The notes: generated by a model from the sequence alone, not told the origin. 59,983 nt of DNA from Tolypothrix carrinoi HA7290-LM1 (GCA_019358935.1 JAHHIK010000044.1:1-59983), one strand, 5' to 3'; counted from the stretch's first letter, positions 41,501 through 51,862 are shown. Numbers and translations are program-made.

Positions 41501-42229
41501 GCATCAAAAGACGGTACAGCTAAGTTATGGAATCTGCAAGGTGATGTAATTGCTACCCTCAAGCATAATGTTCCAGTCTACAAAGTGGTGTTGAGCAATG
41601 ATGGCAAAACTGTAGCGACTACATCAAAAGACAATATAGCCAAGTTGTGGAACCTGCAAGGTCATGTAATTGCCACCTTCAAACATAACAATGCGGTTAA
41701 CGATGTAGTGTTTAGCAATGATGGCAAGACTATTGCGACTGCATCAAAAGATGGCACTGCGAAGTTGTGGAACCTCAAAGGAAAGAAACTTGACACCCTC
41801 AAGCATAATGGAGAAGTTAACGGTGTGGTGTTTAGTCCTGACGGCAAGACGGTTGCGACTGCATCAAAAGATGGCACTGCGAAGTTGTGGAACCTCAAAG
41901 GAAAGGAACTTGACACCCTCAAGCATAATGGAGAAGTTAACGGTGTGATGTTTAGTAATGATGGCAAGACAGTTGCCACAGCTTCAAAAGACGGTACACT
42001 ACGCTTATGGACTCAAGTAGGCAATAGTTGGCAGCAGTTTGCTGAATATCAAGCTAGTAACGTAGCCTTCAGCCCGGATGGTAAACTAATTGCGATTGTA
42101 GTTGGTGAGAATACTGTGCAGTTGCGTCCTATTGAGGGTTTGGATGAACTGCTAGCACGAAGTTGCGGATGGCTGAGAGATTATCTTTCTACACATCCTG
42201 ATGTGGGGAAGCAGGTTTGTGGTAGTTAG
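38564..42229 (+). CDS. AAA-like (AAA_35/STAND-related) NTPase - coiled coil - TM - ~15 WD40 repeats
   Basis: [34 protein letters not shown]; 40-aa repeats [21 protein letters not shown]. Confidence 0.9.
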   Translation: MTQYQYQVGGSLPEDALTYVTRKADTELYESLQAGEFCYVLNSRQMGKSSLRVHVMQRLQSEGVACAAIDITAIGTSDITPEQWYAGIIDTIVGTFGLYNDFDLDDWWTENDLLSPVQRLSKFIETVLLKSISENIVIFIDEIDSILSINFNLDDFFAVIRDCYNRRADQFIYKRLTFALLGVSTPSDLIGDKRRTPFNIGRAIDLSGFQLEEAQPLATGLAGVGDSQVLMQAVLDWTGGQPFLTQKVCQLVVKFANQSLTLPEIVADVIQNKIIQNWETQDEPEHLRTLRHRLLRSSEQRTGRLLALCQQILREKEIEADDSPEQTELRLTGLVVKRGGKLRIYNQIYETIFNQEWCDKELAKLRPYANTLNAWVASQSQDNSRLLRGQALQEALQWSTDKSLSNLDYQYLSASQEFDKQAALAVEKEANQILAQARQQAEKALETEKQANQVLAAAQKKARWILLLTATGAIVSLGFAAFGWQQFRIAQIATGLEQSSARILRFSEFPSVDDLVEATQSANDLKKLVKDYRSVREYPTVNPMLALQTTLENIHEKNRLEHKGALEKVVFSPDGKTIATASSDATAKLWNPQGIVLATLNHNTEVINVAFSPDGKTVATASKDKTAKLWNLQGKGLATLKHNKAVYNVAFSPDGKMVATASDDKTAKLWNLQGKGLATLKHNKAVYNVAFSPDGKMVATASDDKTAKLWNLKGGKIATLKHKGVVRNVVFSPDSKTVGTASGDKTAKLWNLKGGEIAIFKHNDVVYKVLFSPDGKTIATASGDKTANLWNLKGGEIATLQHNDAVNDVVFSPDGKTVTTASTDKTAKLWNLQGHKIATLQHNDAVNDVVFSPDGKTVATTSDESTARLWNLKVSEVATVQHKGQVYKAVFSNDGKTIATASKDNTAKLWDLQKREIATLQHNDQVYKVVLSNDGKIATASKDKTAKLWNLQGSLIATLQHQEEVYYVVFSNDNKIVGTASKDGTAKLWNLQGDVIATLKHNVPVYKVVLSNDGKTVATTSKDNIAKLWNLQGHVIATFKHNNAVNDVVFSNDGKTIATASKDGTAKLWNLKGKKLDTLKHNGEVNGVVFSPDGKTVATASKDGTAKLWNLKGKELDTLKHNGEVNGVMFSNDGKTVATASKDGTLRLWTQVGNSWQQFAEYQASNVAFSPDGKLIAIVVGENTVQLRPIEGLDELLARSCGWLRDYLSTHPDVGKQVCGS

Positions 42230-42344
42230 GGGACAGGGGGAGAGGGGGGACAAGGGAAGGGAGACAAGGTGTGTATGCGGTGCATAGTCGGCGCGATAAG
42301 CTGGTAGTAACAGCCTTGCACTTATACGCTTTTTAAGCCACTCA

Positions 42345-42454
42345 TATCGGGTTCGGTTAAAGACTTATTATTAAGACCGCAGTTCTTGGTAGGGAGCAGT
42401 TTTCGGATTTTTGCACAGATGCACCCAATAGTAACTAATTTGCCGAACTTGATA
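42345..42454. mobile_element. 110-bp MITE with imperfect TIRs and a 3-bp TCA target duplication
   Basis: TATCGGGTTCGG...CCGAACTTGATA, flanked by TCA at 42342-42344 and 42455-42457. Confidence 0.75.
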
Positions 42455-43441
42455 TCAAGAGGGATCTTCCACCCGGAAATACAAATCGAGAATTTCGCTT
42501 ACATCCCCAGGATTTTGACACAATTCCTTTAGTCCCCAAATCTCAGGTGGAATGGGGACTGGGTTACTACGCAGATCCAGATGTCTGAGTTTTTGGAGTT
42601 GGACAATTTCTTCTGGCAGACTGCTCAGTTGATTATTGTAGAGGTCGAGCGTTTCTAAGTTGACCAGTTGTCCAATATCATGCGGCAGACTGCTCAGTTG
42701 ATTGCTGCTAAGGTCGAGCGTTTCTAAGTTGGTGAGTTTTCCAATTTCTTCTGGCAGACTGCTGAGTCGATTGCTGCTGAGGTTGAGCGTTTCTAAGTTG
42801 GTGAGTTTTCCAAAATCATGCAGTAGACTGCTCAGTTGATTATTGTAGAGGTCGAGCGTTTGTAAGTTGACCAGTTGGACAATTTCGTTTGGCAGACTGC
42901 TCAGTTGATTATCGTAGAGGTCGAGCGTTTGTAAGTTGGTGAGTTTTCCAATTTCGTTTGGCAGACTGCTGAGTTGATTTCTGCTGAGGTCGAGCGATTG
43001 TAAGTTGGTGAGTTGGACAATTTCCTGTGGCAGACTGCTGAGTTGATTTCTGCTGAGGTCGAGCGATTGTAAGTTGGTGAGTTGGACAATTTCCTGCGGC
43101 AGACTGCTGAGTTGATTTCTGCTGAGGTAGAGCGTTTCTAAGTTGGTGAGTTGGACAATTTCCTGTGGCAGACTGGTTAAGTTATTAGCAACAACTTGAA
43201 GTTCTTGAAGATGATTAAGTAATCCAATTTCCGCAGGTAAAACGCTCAGGTTGTTCCCGATAGTACCGACGATATAACCCTTTTGATTATATTGGTATTT
43301 GCCGAGAATCAGCTTTTTGAGTTGAGTTAGCTTACCAATCTCAGCGGGTAAAGCTGTCAACTCTTTGCCAGAGAGGTCAAATTCGGTTGCCCCTTCTCTT
43401 GCAGCTTGTTCAATTTGCTGTAGCAGTTCTTTGTCGGTCAT
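42455..43441 (-). CDS. LRR-only paralog of the 31477-35520 protein (Roc-COR-CHAT deleted)
   Basis: Near-identical N-cap and C-cap, 8 core LRRs, ends FRVEDPS*; the 3' tail of the full gene survives at 42322-42344. Confidence 0.8.
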   Translation of the reverse strand: MTDKELLQQIEQAAREGATEFDLSGKELTALPAEIGKLTQLKKLILGKYQYNQKGYIVGTIGNNLSVLPAEIGLLNHLQELQVVANNLTSLPQEIVQLTNLETLYLSRNQLSSLPQEIVQLTNLQSLDLSRNQLSSLPQEIVQLTNLQSLDLSRNQLSSLPNEIGKLTNLQTLDLYDNQLSSLPNEIVQLVNLQTLDLYNNQLSSLLHDFGKLTNLETLNLSSNRLSSLPEEIGKLTNLETLDLSSNQLSSLPHDIGQLVNLETLDLYNNQLSSLPEEIVQLQKLRHLDLRSNPVPIPPEIWGLKELCQNPGDVSEILDLYFRVEDPS

Positions 43442-43560
43442 GAGTAATTAGGGGGAGGGGGGACGACAGGGGGACTTTCTTGACAGGGGGACTTTCTTGA
43501 CAAGGGGGACAAGGGGGACTTTCTTGACAAGGGGGACAAGGGGGACTTTCTTGACAAGGG

Positions 43561-43798
43561 GAGGACACTTCCGTGCGGGGGTTCCCAAGCCACTGCGTTG
43601 CGGAGGTTCCCTCCGTTGAAGCATGTGGCGTCCCCGTTAAGGAACGTGTCCGTGGACAAGGGGGACAAGGGGACAAGGGGGACAAGGGGGACAGGGGGAT
43701 AAGGGGAGGACACTTCCGTGCGGGGGTTCCCAAGCCACTGCGTTGCGGAGGTTCCCTCCGTTGAAGCATGTGGCGTCCCCGTTAAGGAACGTGTCCGT
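43561..43798. mobile_element. two identical 93-nt nested hairpin elements (43561-43653, 43706-43798) within GGGGGACAA repeats
   Basis: Direct comparison with each other and with 27408-27555. Confidence 0.8.
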
Positions 43799-43998
43799 GG
43801 ACAAGTAGGGTGCGTTATAACGTACCGAGTAGCGCGGAACCCGTTCCGGCAGCGTCTCCGACAGGAGAAGGGTAGTTTAACGCACCATTTATAGTCCCAG
43901 GTGCTGTAATGAATGGCACTAATACACCCGACGGTGGTTTTATATTTAATTCAACCTACCTACTTAGTTCTGCGATAAGTCTGATTTTTTCGTATAAC

Positions 43999-44229
43999 GA
44001 GTGTTTGATACTCATTAATGAGTCTTTGAACCTCATTAATGAGTCTTTGAACCTCATTAATGAGTCTTTGAACCTCATTAATGAGTCTTGGAACCTCATT
44101 AATGAGTCTTGGAACCTCATTAATGAGTCTTGGAACCTCATTAATGAGTCTTGGAACCTCATTAATGAGTCTTGGAACCTCATTAATGAGTCTTGGAACC
44201 TCATTAATGAGTCTTGGAACCTCATTAAA
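43999..44229. repeat. 11 x 21-bp tandem array GAGTCTT(T/G)GAACCTCATTAAT
   Basis: Exact phase; palindrome CTCATTAATGAG at the unit junctions. Confidence 0.9.
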
Positions 44230-44428
44230 GAGTATAACGATTTTCAGTTTAGTCAAATATACCAAGAAACCTAACCCCCCCAGCCCCCTTCCCTTGTAGG
44301 GAAGGGGGAGAATCAAAGCCTCTCCAGTAATAAAAGCTGCTCCTCTTCCCTCCCCTTGTAGGGGAGGGTTAGGGAGAGGTAGGAGAGAGGAATGGAAGCG
44401 AGGTCTATTAACGAACTACACCCAATTG

Positions 44429-46114
44429 TTAAAACAAATCTAAGTCTGTCAATGCACCGAGACAGCTGGAAGATACTAATTTAGCATATTTCCCTAACAC
44501 ACCTTTGGTATAACGAGGTGGACGAGGTTGCCAATTTGCACGACGAGCTGCTAATTCTTCATCGGATACGTTTAATTGCAACAGTCGAGCATGAGCATCA
44601 ATTGTGATGGTATCACCTTCTTCCACAAGGGCGATCGCTCCCCCAACTGCTGCTTCTGGTGCCACATGTCCAACTACCATCCCATATGTACCACCAGAAA
44701 ATCGTCCGTCTGTAATTAACCCGACCGAATCAGCTAAACCTGCACCGATAATTGCTGAGGTGGGTGCTAGCATCTCCCGCATCCCCGGACCTCCTTTTGG
44801 TCCTTCGTAGCGAATGACGAGAACATCACCTGCATTTATCTTCTTTGCCAAAATCGCATGTAAACAAGATTCTTCCGATTCAAATACTCGTGCAGTTCCC
44901 GTAATCTTCGGCAATTTTACGCCTGTAATTTTCGCTACCGCTCCTTCTGTCGCCAGATTTCCTCTGAGGATAGCCAAGTGTCCTTGGCGATACATCGGGT
45001 TATCCCAAGGACGAATTACATCTTGGTTAGGGGATGGTTCATCTGGTATATCTGCCAAGACTTCCGCAATTGTTTGCCCGGTGATGGTGAGAGCATCTGC
45101 GTGAAGTAAATCATGCACAAGTAGCATTTTCATCACTTGGGGAATACCACCAGCTTTGTGTAAGTCGGTAGCTACATAACGTCCGCTGGGTTTTAAATCG
45201 CACAAAACTGGAACGCGAGCGCGGATGATTTCAAAGTCATCTAAATTAAGTTCAACACCAGCAGTGTGAGCGATCGCCAAAAAATGCAATACTGCATTTG
45301 TGGAACCACCGACTGCCATAACCACCGAAATGGCATTCTCGATAGATTTGCGAGTGATAATTTGCCTGGGTAAGATTTGCTTGCGAATTGCCTCAACTAA
45401 GTAAAACGCGGATTTTTCTGTACTATCTGCCTTTTCCGCATCTTCTGCCGCCATCGTCGAGGAATATGGTAAACTCATACCCAGCGCCTCAAAAGCGGAA
45501 GACATCGTATTCGCTGTGTACATTCCTCCACAGGAACCAGCACCAGGACAAGCTTTGCCCTCAACTTCTAAAAGTTCCTTCTCGTCAATTTTCCCAGCAC
45601 TGTATTGTCCGACAGCTTCAAAAGAACTGATAACAGTTAAATCGCGTCCATCGTGGTGTCCGGGTTTGATTGTACCACCATAAACAAAGATAGCCGGGAT
45701 ATTCATGCGAGCGATCGCAATCATCGCTCCAGGCATATTTTTATCACAACCCCCAATGGCAAGTACACCATCCATACTTTGCCCATTGCAAGCAGTTTCA
45801 ATCGAATCAGCAATTACTTCTCGTGACACCAGGGAATATTTCATTCCCTCAGTTCCCATCGAAATACCATCACTAATAGTAATAGTACCGAACAATTGCG
45901 GCATTCCTCCAGCATCTTTAATACTAGCTTCTGCCCTTAGTGCCAGTTTATTTATGCCCATATTGCAGGGAGTAATGGTGCTGTAACCATTAGCTACACC
46001 GACAATTGGCTTGATAAAATCTTCATCTTGAAAACCAACAGCACGTAGCATCGCTCGATTAGGCGATCGCTGTACCCCTTGAGTGACAACTTGGCTTCTC
46101 AAATTTTCTGACAT
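44429..46114 (-). CDS. ilvD: dihydroxy-acid dehydratase
   Basis: [47 protein letters not shown]. Confidence 0.97.
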   Translation of the reverse strand: MSENLRSQVVTQGVQRSPNRAMLRAVGFQDEDFIKPIVGVANGYSTITPCNMGINKLALRAEASIKDAGGMPQLFGTITISDGISMGTEGMKYSLVSREVIADSIETACNGQSMDGVLAIGGCDKNMPGAMIAIARMNIPAIFVYGGTIKPGHHDGRDLTVISSFEAVGQYSAGKIDEKELLEVEGKACPGAGSCGGMYTANTMSSAFEALGMSLPYSSTMAAEDAEKADSTEKSAFYLVEAIRKQILPRQIITRKSIENAISVVMAVGGSTNAVLHFLAIAHTAGVELNLDDFEIIRARVPVLCDLKPSGRYVATDLHKAGGIPQVMKMLLVHDLLHADALTITGQTIAEVLADIPDEPSPNQDVIRPWDNPMYRQGHLAILRGNLATEGAVAKITGVKLPKITGTARVFESEESCLHAILAKKINAGDVLVIRYEGPKGGPGMREMLAPTSAIIGAGLADSVGLITDGRFSGGTYGMVVGHVAPEAAVGGAIALVEEGDTITIDAHARLLQLNVSDEELAARRANWQPRPPRYTKGVLGKYAKLVSSSCLGALTDLDLF

Positions 46115-46322
46115 TTTTTTCCCTTCCGCACCATCATCTTTGTTTTAGTGCTTCTTTTGTGCGATTATTTCAAAATATCACAAACTGTAACACAAGATTT
46201 GCGTCGCAACGTGTAGAAAGTACTGCACCTTTCCCTTATCCCCTTTCGGAATTATATATTTTTAAACGCAGAGTATCGCAGAGGTTTTCGCAAAGGTTCG
46301 CAGAGTTTTTGGTTTGAGTATT

Positions 46323-47444
46323 ATGGCTGAATTGAATTGGAAAATTGGCTTTGAGATTGAGTTAATGGCACCGAGGGGACTTAGCAGACGTGACTTAGCA
46401 GAAGCGATCGCGCAGCAACATGATGGGTGGATACGTCCTATTTTCCACCTTCAGTGTGAACCAAGCAAGGTTCCGGGAACTCCGTTATTTCACAATCTTA
46501 CATTGGGGTTTGAGGCGAAAGCGAGACAAGGACAATTGATTGCTCGATGTGTTGACGATCTTACCCTTCAAGACGACTTAGATAAAAGTGAAAAACCGAA
46601 GCCAGGATGGTATCGAATTGTTAGCGATGATAGTAGACTATTAGAATTGGTGAGTTGCCAAACCGATGCTGGTGATTCTCTGAGCGAAGTCCTCAAACCG
46701 ATCGCTAATTTATTCGCTACCAATCCCGAAGAAGGAACTGGGGGGATGGTGCGTGTTGCCGATAGTACAGGAAATCCGATTGCGATCGCAGCACCCCTAC
46801 CGGGAGAACGAGAACGTCCTTGTGAGTTAATTACCCCACCTATCGAAGTTAATCATCAAGAACGCTTAGAAAGTCTTTTAGCAAAAGCACGCTTTCTTAA
46901 CTTTACCATTCCGGCTGAGAGTGCAACTCATCTGCACTTTGATGCTACACCTTTATGTTCTGCCAGAGTTATTGCTAACCTAGTTAATATTTTATGGATA
47001 CATGGGGAAAATCTCAAACGATTGGTAGGAACAAATACAAGATGCACCCGCTTGGGAACGTGGAATGAGGAGTTGTTAGCATTAGTTAATGAACCTGATT
47101 TTTCCGAGTTACCTTGGTCTGATGCTAAAGCACATCTTGCCAAACTTCAGTTGACAAAATACTGCGACTTTAACCTGAAAAATCTGATTCACGAAATCAA
47201 GAGCAAACATACCTTTGAAGCTCGTATTTTTCCATCTTCGATGCACCCACAACCGATTATTGAAGCAGCAGCGTTGATGGAAGCAATTCTACGTTATGCA
47301 ATAACAGCACCCAAAATATCATTCTCTGCACCCCTAGAATGGAAATTACAATTGGTGCAGGAGTTTCTCAAAGAACTACCACTATCTGAAGATTTTCGCT
47401 TTGTTTGGTTGTCTCGCGCCAAAAGGATATCACATATATTGTAG
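46323..47444 (+). CDS. putative amidoligase (COOH-NH2 ligase fold)
   Basis: IGFEIE, ELITPP, HLHF, KY..FNL, FEAR motif series. Confidence 0.7.
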   Translation: MAELNWKIGFEIELMAPRGLSRRDLAEAIAQQHDGWIRPIFHLQCEPSKVPGTPLFHNLTLGFEAKARQGQLIARCVDDLTLQDDLDKSEKPKPGWYRIVSDDSRLLELVSCQTDAGDSLSEVLKPIANLFATNPEEGTGGMVRVADSTGNPIAIAAPLPGERERPCELITPPIEVNHQERLESLLAKARFLNFTIPAESATHLHFDATPLCSARVIANLVNILWIHGENLKRLVGTNTRCTRLGTWNEELLALVNEPDFSELPWSDAKAHLAKLQLTKYCDFNLKNLIHEIKSKHTFEARIFPSSMHPQPIIEAAALMEAILRYAITAPKISFSAPLEWKLQLVQEFLKELPLSEDFRFVWLSRAKRISHIL

Positions 47445-47513
47445 AGACGTTCGGTGTGGAACGTCTCTACGACGTAAAATTAATTCAACGGATATATATC
47501 AAATCGCATTGCT

Positions 47514-48137
47514 CTAATTCTCCTTCCAAGCTGCTTGAAAAAAGTCTCGCTCGCACAACATCGCATAGCGATAAGTTGAATGTACTAAGGTAGTACCAGT
47601 AGCATAACTTTCTACTAAGCTTTCTAATTGTGCTGCGAGTGGCTGAAAATCTGCGCTGCTATAAGTGCGAATCCAGTCTGCATACTGATGATTGGGAATA
47701 CCATTACGCGCTAACTCTTCTCCCAAAAACGCATACAAACGCATACAGGGAGACATCGCAGCAGCAGTTAAACCCACATCTCCACCCCAAGCGGTTGCTA
47801 ATAAAAAATCAGTATAGCGCCTAGTAGCTGCTTGTGGTTCAACAGATTGCAAATTGACTTTCCACGCTTTAGCATAGCTTTGATGTAGCTGTAATTCTTG
47901 CAAAACTCCAGCCGCTAAATTGTGAAATACGATAAATCCTGCCCAATCTGGTGCTTTCGCAGCTGCGATACTGTAAGCACGAGCAAAAGCTTCTAAGAAA
48001 AAAGCATCTTGTCCTACATAGTAAGCGAACTTCTGCGAATCTAGCGTACCATCAGCAATGCCTTGAACAAAAGGATGCTCTAAACAAGCTTGCGCTAAAT
48101 CTTGATTTGCTTTCCACAATTGGGCAGATATGGTCAT
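47514..48137 (-). CDS. tenA: TenA/thiaminase II family protein
   Basis: HPFVQGIADGTL, YYVGQDAFFL, PCMRLY, YADWIRTYSS. Confidence 0.88.
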   Translation of the reverse strand: MTISAQLWKANQDLAQACLEHPFVQGIADGTLDSQKFAYYVGQDAFFLEAFARAYSIAAAKAPDWAGFIVFHNLAAGVLQELQLHQSYAKAWKVNLQSVEPQAATRRYTDFLLATAWGGDVGLTAAAMSPCMRLYAFLGEELARNGIPNHQYADWIRTYSSADFQPLAAQLESLVESYATGTTLVHSTYRYAMLCERDFFQAAWKEN

Positions 48138-48147
48138 TTGTTAAGTG

Positions 48148-48270
48148 TTGGGAATAGGTAATAGGTAATAGGTAATGGGTAATAGGTAATGGGTAATAGA
48201 AAGAAATTGTCCCCCTTGTCTCCTTGTCTCCTTGTCTCCTTGTCTCCCCACTCCCCACTCCCCATTCCCC
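48148..48270. repeat. STRR and 8-mer (TTGTCTCC) tandem repeats
   Basis: Direct reading. Confidence 0.75.
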
Positions 48271-49040
48271 TAAAAGGGAAAGAACTGAAGCAATACTGAC
48301 GCAACTCCGCCTAAAAAGTCAACTAAACTAGGTTTGCCGGCAGTTACTTTACTACCTTGAGGTGTTTTCAGTTCGAGAAGAAAAGCTTGTGCTGTTTGCA
48401 TTCCGGGATTGTCGTTTTTGGTTTTAAACAAATTTTCAGCTATTTGAGCATCTTGAAATGCACCTTGTCTATCTAAAATTTGATAACGAGCGACACCACG
48501 AGCGAGATAAGCGCCGGCAAAGTCTGGTTTAATAGCGATCGCTTGATTAAAATAATCTATTGCTTGTTGTTGGTTGCCTTTTTGCGCTTCTGCTACACCC
48601 CAAGCATAAAATTCTTCTGGCTTGGCTGCTTGCAATGGTATACCAACTGCTCCTTGCAAGTTAGCATTGTTAAGGCTAACATTATTTAATTCCGCGTTGG
48701 CAAGATAGGTATTTCTCAAGTCAGTACCCAGCAAATTTGCGTTATTAAGTTTCGCACCGCTGAGGTTAACTCCAAATAAACTCGCACCGCTCAAGTTTGC
48801 ACCTGTTAAATCAGCACCGCTCAAGTTTGCACGGCTGAGGTTTGCACCACTCAAATTTGCCCCGCTCAAATTGGCTCCAGATAAGTCTGCTAGCACCAAA
48901 CCAGCACCGCTTAAATCGCAGCTTTGACATTGTTTGGTTGCTAGCAACTGTCTAATGTGTTCAGAATTTGCAGCTTGAGCGACGGTTGTCAAGCTAATTG
49001 TGCTTAAAAATACGACTGTGGATAGAGCTGGCTTTTTCAT
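48270..49040 (-). CDS. secreted pentapeptide-repeat + TPR protein
   Basis: Signal peptide, [18 protein letters not shown] repeats, TPR. Confidence 0.88.
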   Translation of the reverse strand: MKKPALSTVVFLSTISLTTVAQAANSEHIRQLLATKQCQSCDLSGAGLVLADLSGANLSGANLSGANLSRANLSGADLTGANLSGASLFGVNLSGAKLNNANLLGTDLRNTYLANAELNNVSLNNANLQGAVGIPLQAAKPEEFYAWGVAEAQKGNQQQAIDYFNQAIAIKPDFAGAYLARGVARYQILDRQGAFQDAQIAENLFKTKNDNPGMQTAQAFLLELKTPQGSKVTAGKPSLVDFLGGVASVLLQFFPF

Positions 49041-49634
49041 AATCTGTGTCAAAATCTTTCTTAACTTACAAACTTCGCCTGAGAAGGTTGACACAGTTAT
49101 AACTCAGCTGAAAGTATCAAGCATAACTAGATCCTTGATATGAGTCTATCGCCGACTGTAGTGCTATATATATTCAGTTATTCCGCTCGGTTAAAGTGAA
49201 AACTGCATGATTGTGCAAGTTCACCTGCCTAGTTGTCTGAGGTGAAGACCAACTCATCTTGGCAGATAAGCTAAGTGCAAAAGTTAGGAAAACCGCCAAT
49301 AAGAATTTTTCCAGCATAGTCGTGCCTCACAATCATTAAGTAATCACTCAACCACTATTTCCGTTTTAGCGTATGATTTATGTTTCTCCCAAGCTAAGTG
49401 ATAACCGAATGTGGTAAACGTGATTTGTATCTGTTTTCGGGGTGATGTTAGTCACGTAAATTCTGGTTATAGGGCGATCGCCGATTACTGACAAGGAACT
49501 ACAAGCAATATAAATAAATTCTGTATTTTTTACTGACAAGCGGGGATCAACTACATAGACTTGCCATCACAAGAAAATCGCGCCAAGCTACAAGAATGCG
49601 CGACATGCGATTGTTATGGTTTGATCCAAAAAGA

Positions 49635-49747
49635 GCGATCGTCCGTATGTTGCCGAGGCATTTTTTTCAAAAATGCCTCCCCCGTTGCTTTGCAACGGGG
49701 CAACCGCACTTCGTGCGGTTGGGCAACAGGACGCGCTTCGCGATCGC
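49635..49747. mobile_element. 105-bp perfect four-way-junction element between duplicated GCGATCG
   Basis: Three perfect hairpins plus a closing stem; HIP1-derived direct repeat at 49635-49641 and 49740-49746. Confidence 0.65.
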
Positions 49748-49796
49748 ACAAAAACAGCATTGTAAAATAAAAGCCAAGGCATGACTCATTGGTCTT

Positions 49797-50513
49797 ATGG
49801 TACAATTTGAACCTGGTTTAACTCTCCCAACCACCGCTGAATTACCCTGTTCAGACGATACCCCTGTGGATAACGAAGACCAGAATTTTCTCCCCAACCT
49901 GTTGCTATTTATCCTCGAATCGATTTGGGCAAACCGAAATGACTGGTTTTTCGGTATCGACATGGGTGTTTACCACACGACTGGAGTAAGCCATTTAGTA
50001 CCAGTAATACCCGACGGTTTTTTGAGCTTGGGAGTGGAACGACGCAAAGCAGGTAAATCACGCTTAAGTTATGCGGTATGGGAAGAAAAGGAAATAGTAC
50101 CGAAGTTTGTTTTGGAAGTGGTTTCCAAGACTCCGGGTGATGAATATGACAGCAAGCTGAAAATCTATGCAAAATTAGGTGTGCTGTACTATGTTATCTA
50201 CAATCCGCAATATTGGCGACGCGACCAACAGCAACCGTTTGAAGTATATAAGTTAGTTGACTGTGAGTACCAACTGCAAATTGGGGAACCGTTTTGGATG
50301 CCAGAAGTGCAATTAGGGATTGGGCGAGGGCAATACACATCTGGTACGATTCAACGAGAGGTGTTGTATTGGTATGACGAAACTGGTACACGCTATTTAA
50401 CTGCCCAAGAAGTTGCTCAAAGCGAACGACAACAACGCCAATTAGCCGAAGAAAAGCAAGAACGGTTAGCAGCCAAGCTTAGAGAGTTGGGAGTCGATCC
50501 AGATAATATTTGA
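49797..50513 (+). CDS. Uma2 (DUF820) family endonuclease
   Basis: LPCSDDTPVDNEDQN, IPDGFLS, LEVVS, YAKLGVLYY, LRELGVDP. Confidence 0.9.
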   Translation: MVQFEPGLTLPTTAELPCSDDTPVDNEDQNFLPNLLLFILESIWANRNDWFFGIDMGVYHTTGVSHLVPVIPDGFLSLGVERRKAGKSRLSYAVWEEKEIVPKFVLEVVSKTPGDEYDSKLKIYAKLGVLYYVIYNPQYWRRDQQQPFEVYKLVDCEYQLQIGEPFWMPEVQLGIGRGQYTSGTIQREVLYWYDETGTRYLTAQEVAQSERQQRQLAEEKQERLAAKLRELGVDPDNI

Positions 50514-50639
50514 TATATATAAACCACAGTAGAGACGTTCCGGACCGAACGTCTCTACAATGTGTAAAATTTATCAACATGTATTGTCAAATCATCCCGC
50601 CAATATACAACGCCTTAAATCAACACCACTCAAATTAAC

Positions 50640-50674
50640 GTAACGCAGATTTGCACCGCCTAAATCTGCGTTAC
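50640..50674. terminator. hairpin between convergent Uma2 and aqpZ genes
   Basis: GTAACGCAGATTT...AAATCTGCGTTAC 13-bp stem. Confidence 0.45.
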
Positions 50675-50870
50675 TTAAGTTTGTTCTTCGCAAGTTTTTT
50701 GCTTGCAAATCTGCACGATCGCTTTATTTGGGCACTCTTCGTGTCCACTACGAGTAGAGACGTTCCCCCTCTGAAAGTCTCTACTAAATAATAGACCTCT
50801 TACAAAAGTCTATAAATGCATGTTTTTTCATACCCTTTCCCCTTTCCCCTTTCCCCTTTCCCCCTCTTTT

Positions 50871-51623
50871 TCATCTTTGTGGTTTCGATGCTGACAAAAG
50901 CTGATAATAGAATGTTCCTGCTAAAAAGGCTCCGAGAATTGGTGCTGTCCAAAATAGCCACAACTGATCGATCGCCCAACCACCCACGAAAACCGCAGGA
51001 CCCAAACTCCGAGCGGGATTCACCGATGTATTAGTAACGGGGATGCTAATCAAGTGAATCAGTGTTAATACTAAACCAATGGCAATGGGAGCAAAACCAC
51101 CAGACGCACGAGAGTCAGTAGCACCCAAGATAATTATCAAAAAGATGAAACTGAGAACTAACTCGGTAATAAAACAAGCAAACAACGAATAGCCACCAGG
51201 AGAATGATCGGGTCCAAAACCGTTAGTTGCCAGGGGATTTGAACCGCTAAGTATAAATCCTGGTTTACCAGAAGCAATTAAATAGAGAATGCCGGCAGCA
51301 GCGATCGCTCCAAATACCTGAGAGCCAATATACAACAAAAGCTCTGATGCGGGAAAGCGCTTTGCTGCCCAAAGTCCAATAGAAACCGCTGGATTAAAGT
51401 GACCCCCAGAAATAGGACCCATCGCATAAGCCATTGTCAATACACACAGACCAAACGCTAAAGAAACTCCAACTAATCCGATGCCTAAAGGGTATCTTAT
51501 ATTCTCAGCAATGTTTGCATTTTCTGCTGTAAACGCTGCTGCTAATACTGCACTACCACAACCACCAAATACTAGCCAGAATGTTCCTATAAACTCTGCT
51601 AGACAACGCTTAAACTGTGACAT
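50871..51623 (-). CDS. aqpZ: aquaporin Z
   Basis: [17 protein letters not shown], two NPA motifs, NTSVNPARS. Confidence 0.93.
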   Translation of the reverse strand: MSQFKRCLAEFIGTFWLVFGGCGSAVLAAAFTAENANIAENIRYPLGIGLVGVSLAFGLCVLTMAYAMGPISGGHFNPAVSIGLWAAKRFPASELLLYIGSQVFGAIAAAGILYLIASGKPGFILSGSNPLATNGFGPDHSPGGYSLFACFITELVLSFIFLIIILGATDSRASGGFAPIAIGLVLTLIHLISIPVTNTSVNPARSLGPAVFVGGWAIDQLWLFWTAPILGAFLAGTFYYQLLSASKPQR

Positions 51624-51862
51624 GTTATTAGTAACAGCATGAAAGTAGTAATAAGTCAATCTTATCTAATAGTTTTATTTTTCATTAGTTTATTCGGTTT
51701 ATTTTAATTTATATTGGTTTATTTAGTAATTAATAAAAACTGTTCAAAATCATCTTGACAGGTTATATTTTTCAGCAAGATGATGATTTCATAACTATAA
51801 TAATATATGGCATCCGTCGTAGAGACGTTCCGGCGGAACGTCTCTACCAAAAATCGGGGTAT

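Noticed and set aside
48137..48270. TPP riboswitch upstream of tenA
   Set aside because: The spacer consists of simple repeats; no riboswitch consensus is visible.
49640..49733. Cloverleaf as a tRNA
   Set aside because: It has 3-nt loops, 9-11-bp arms, no D/T-loop consensus and no CCA.
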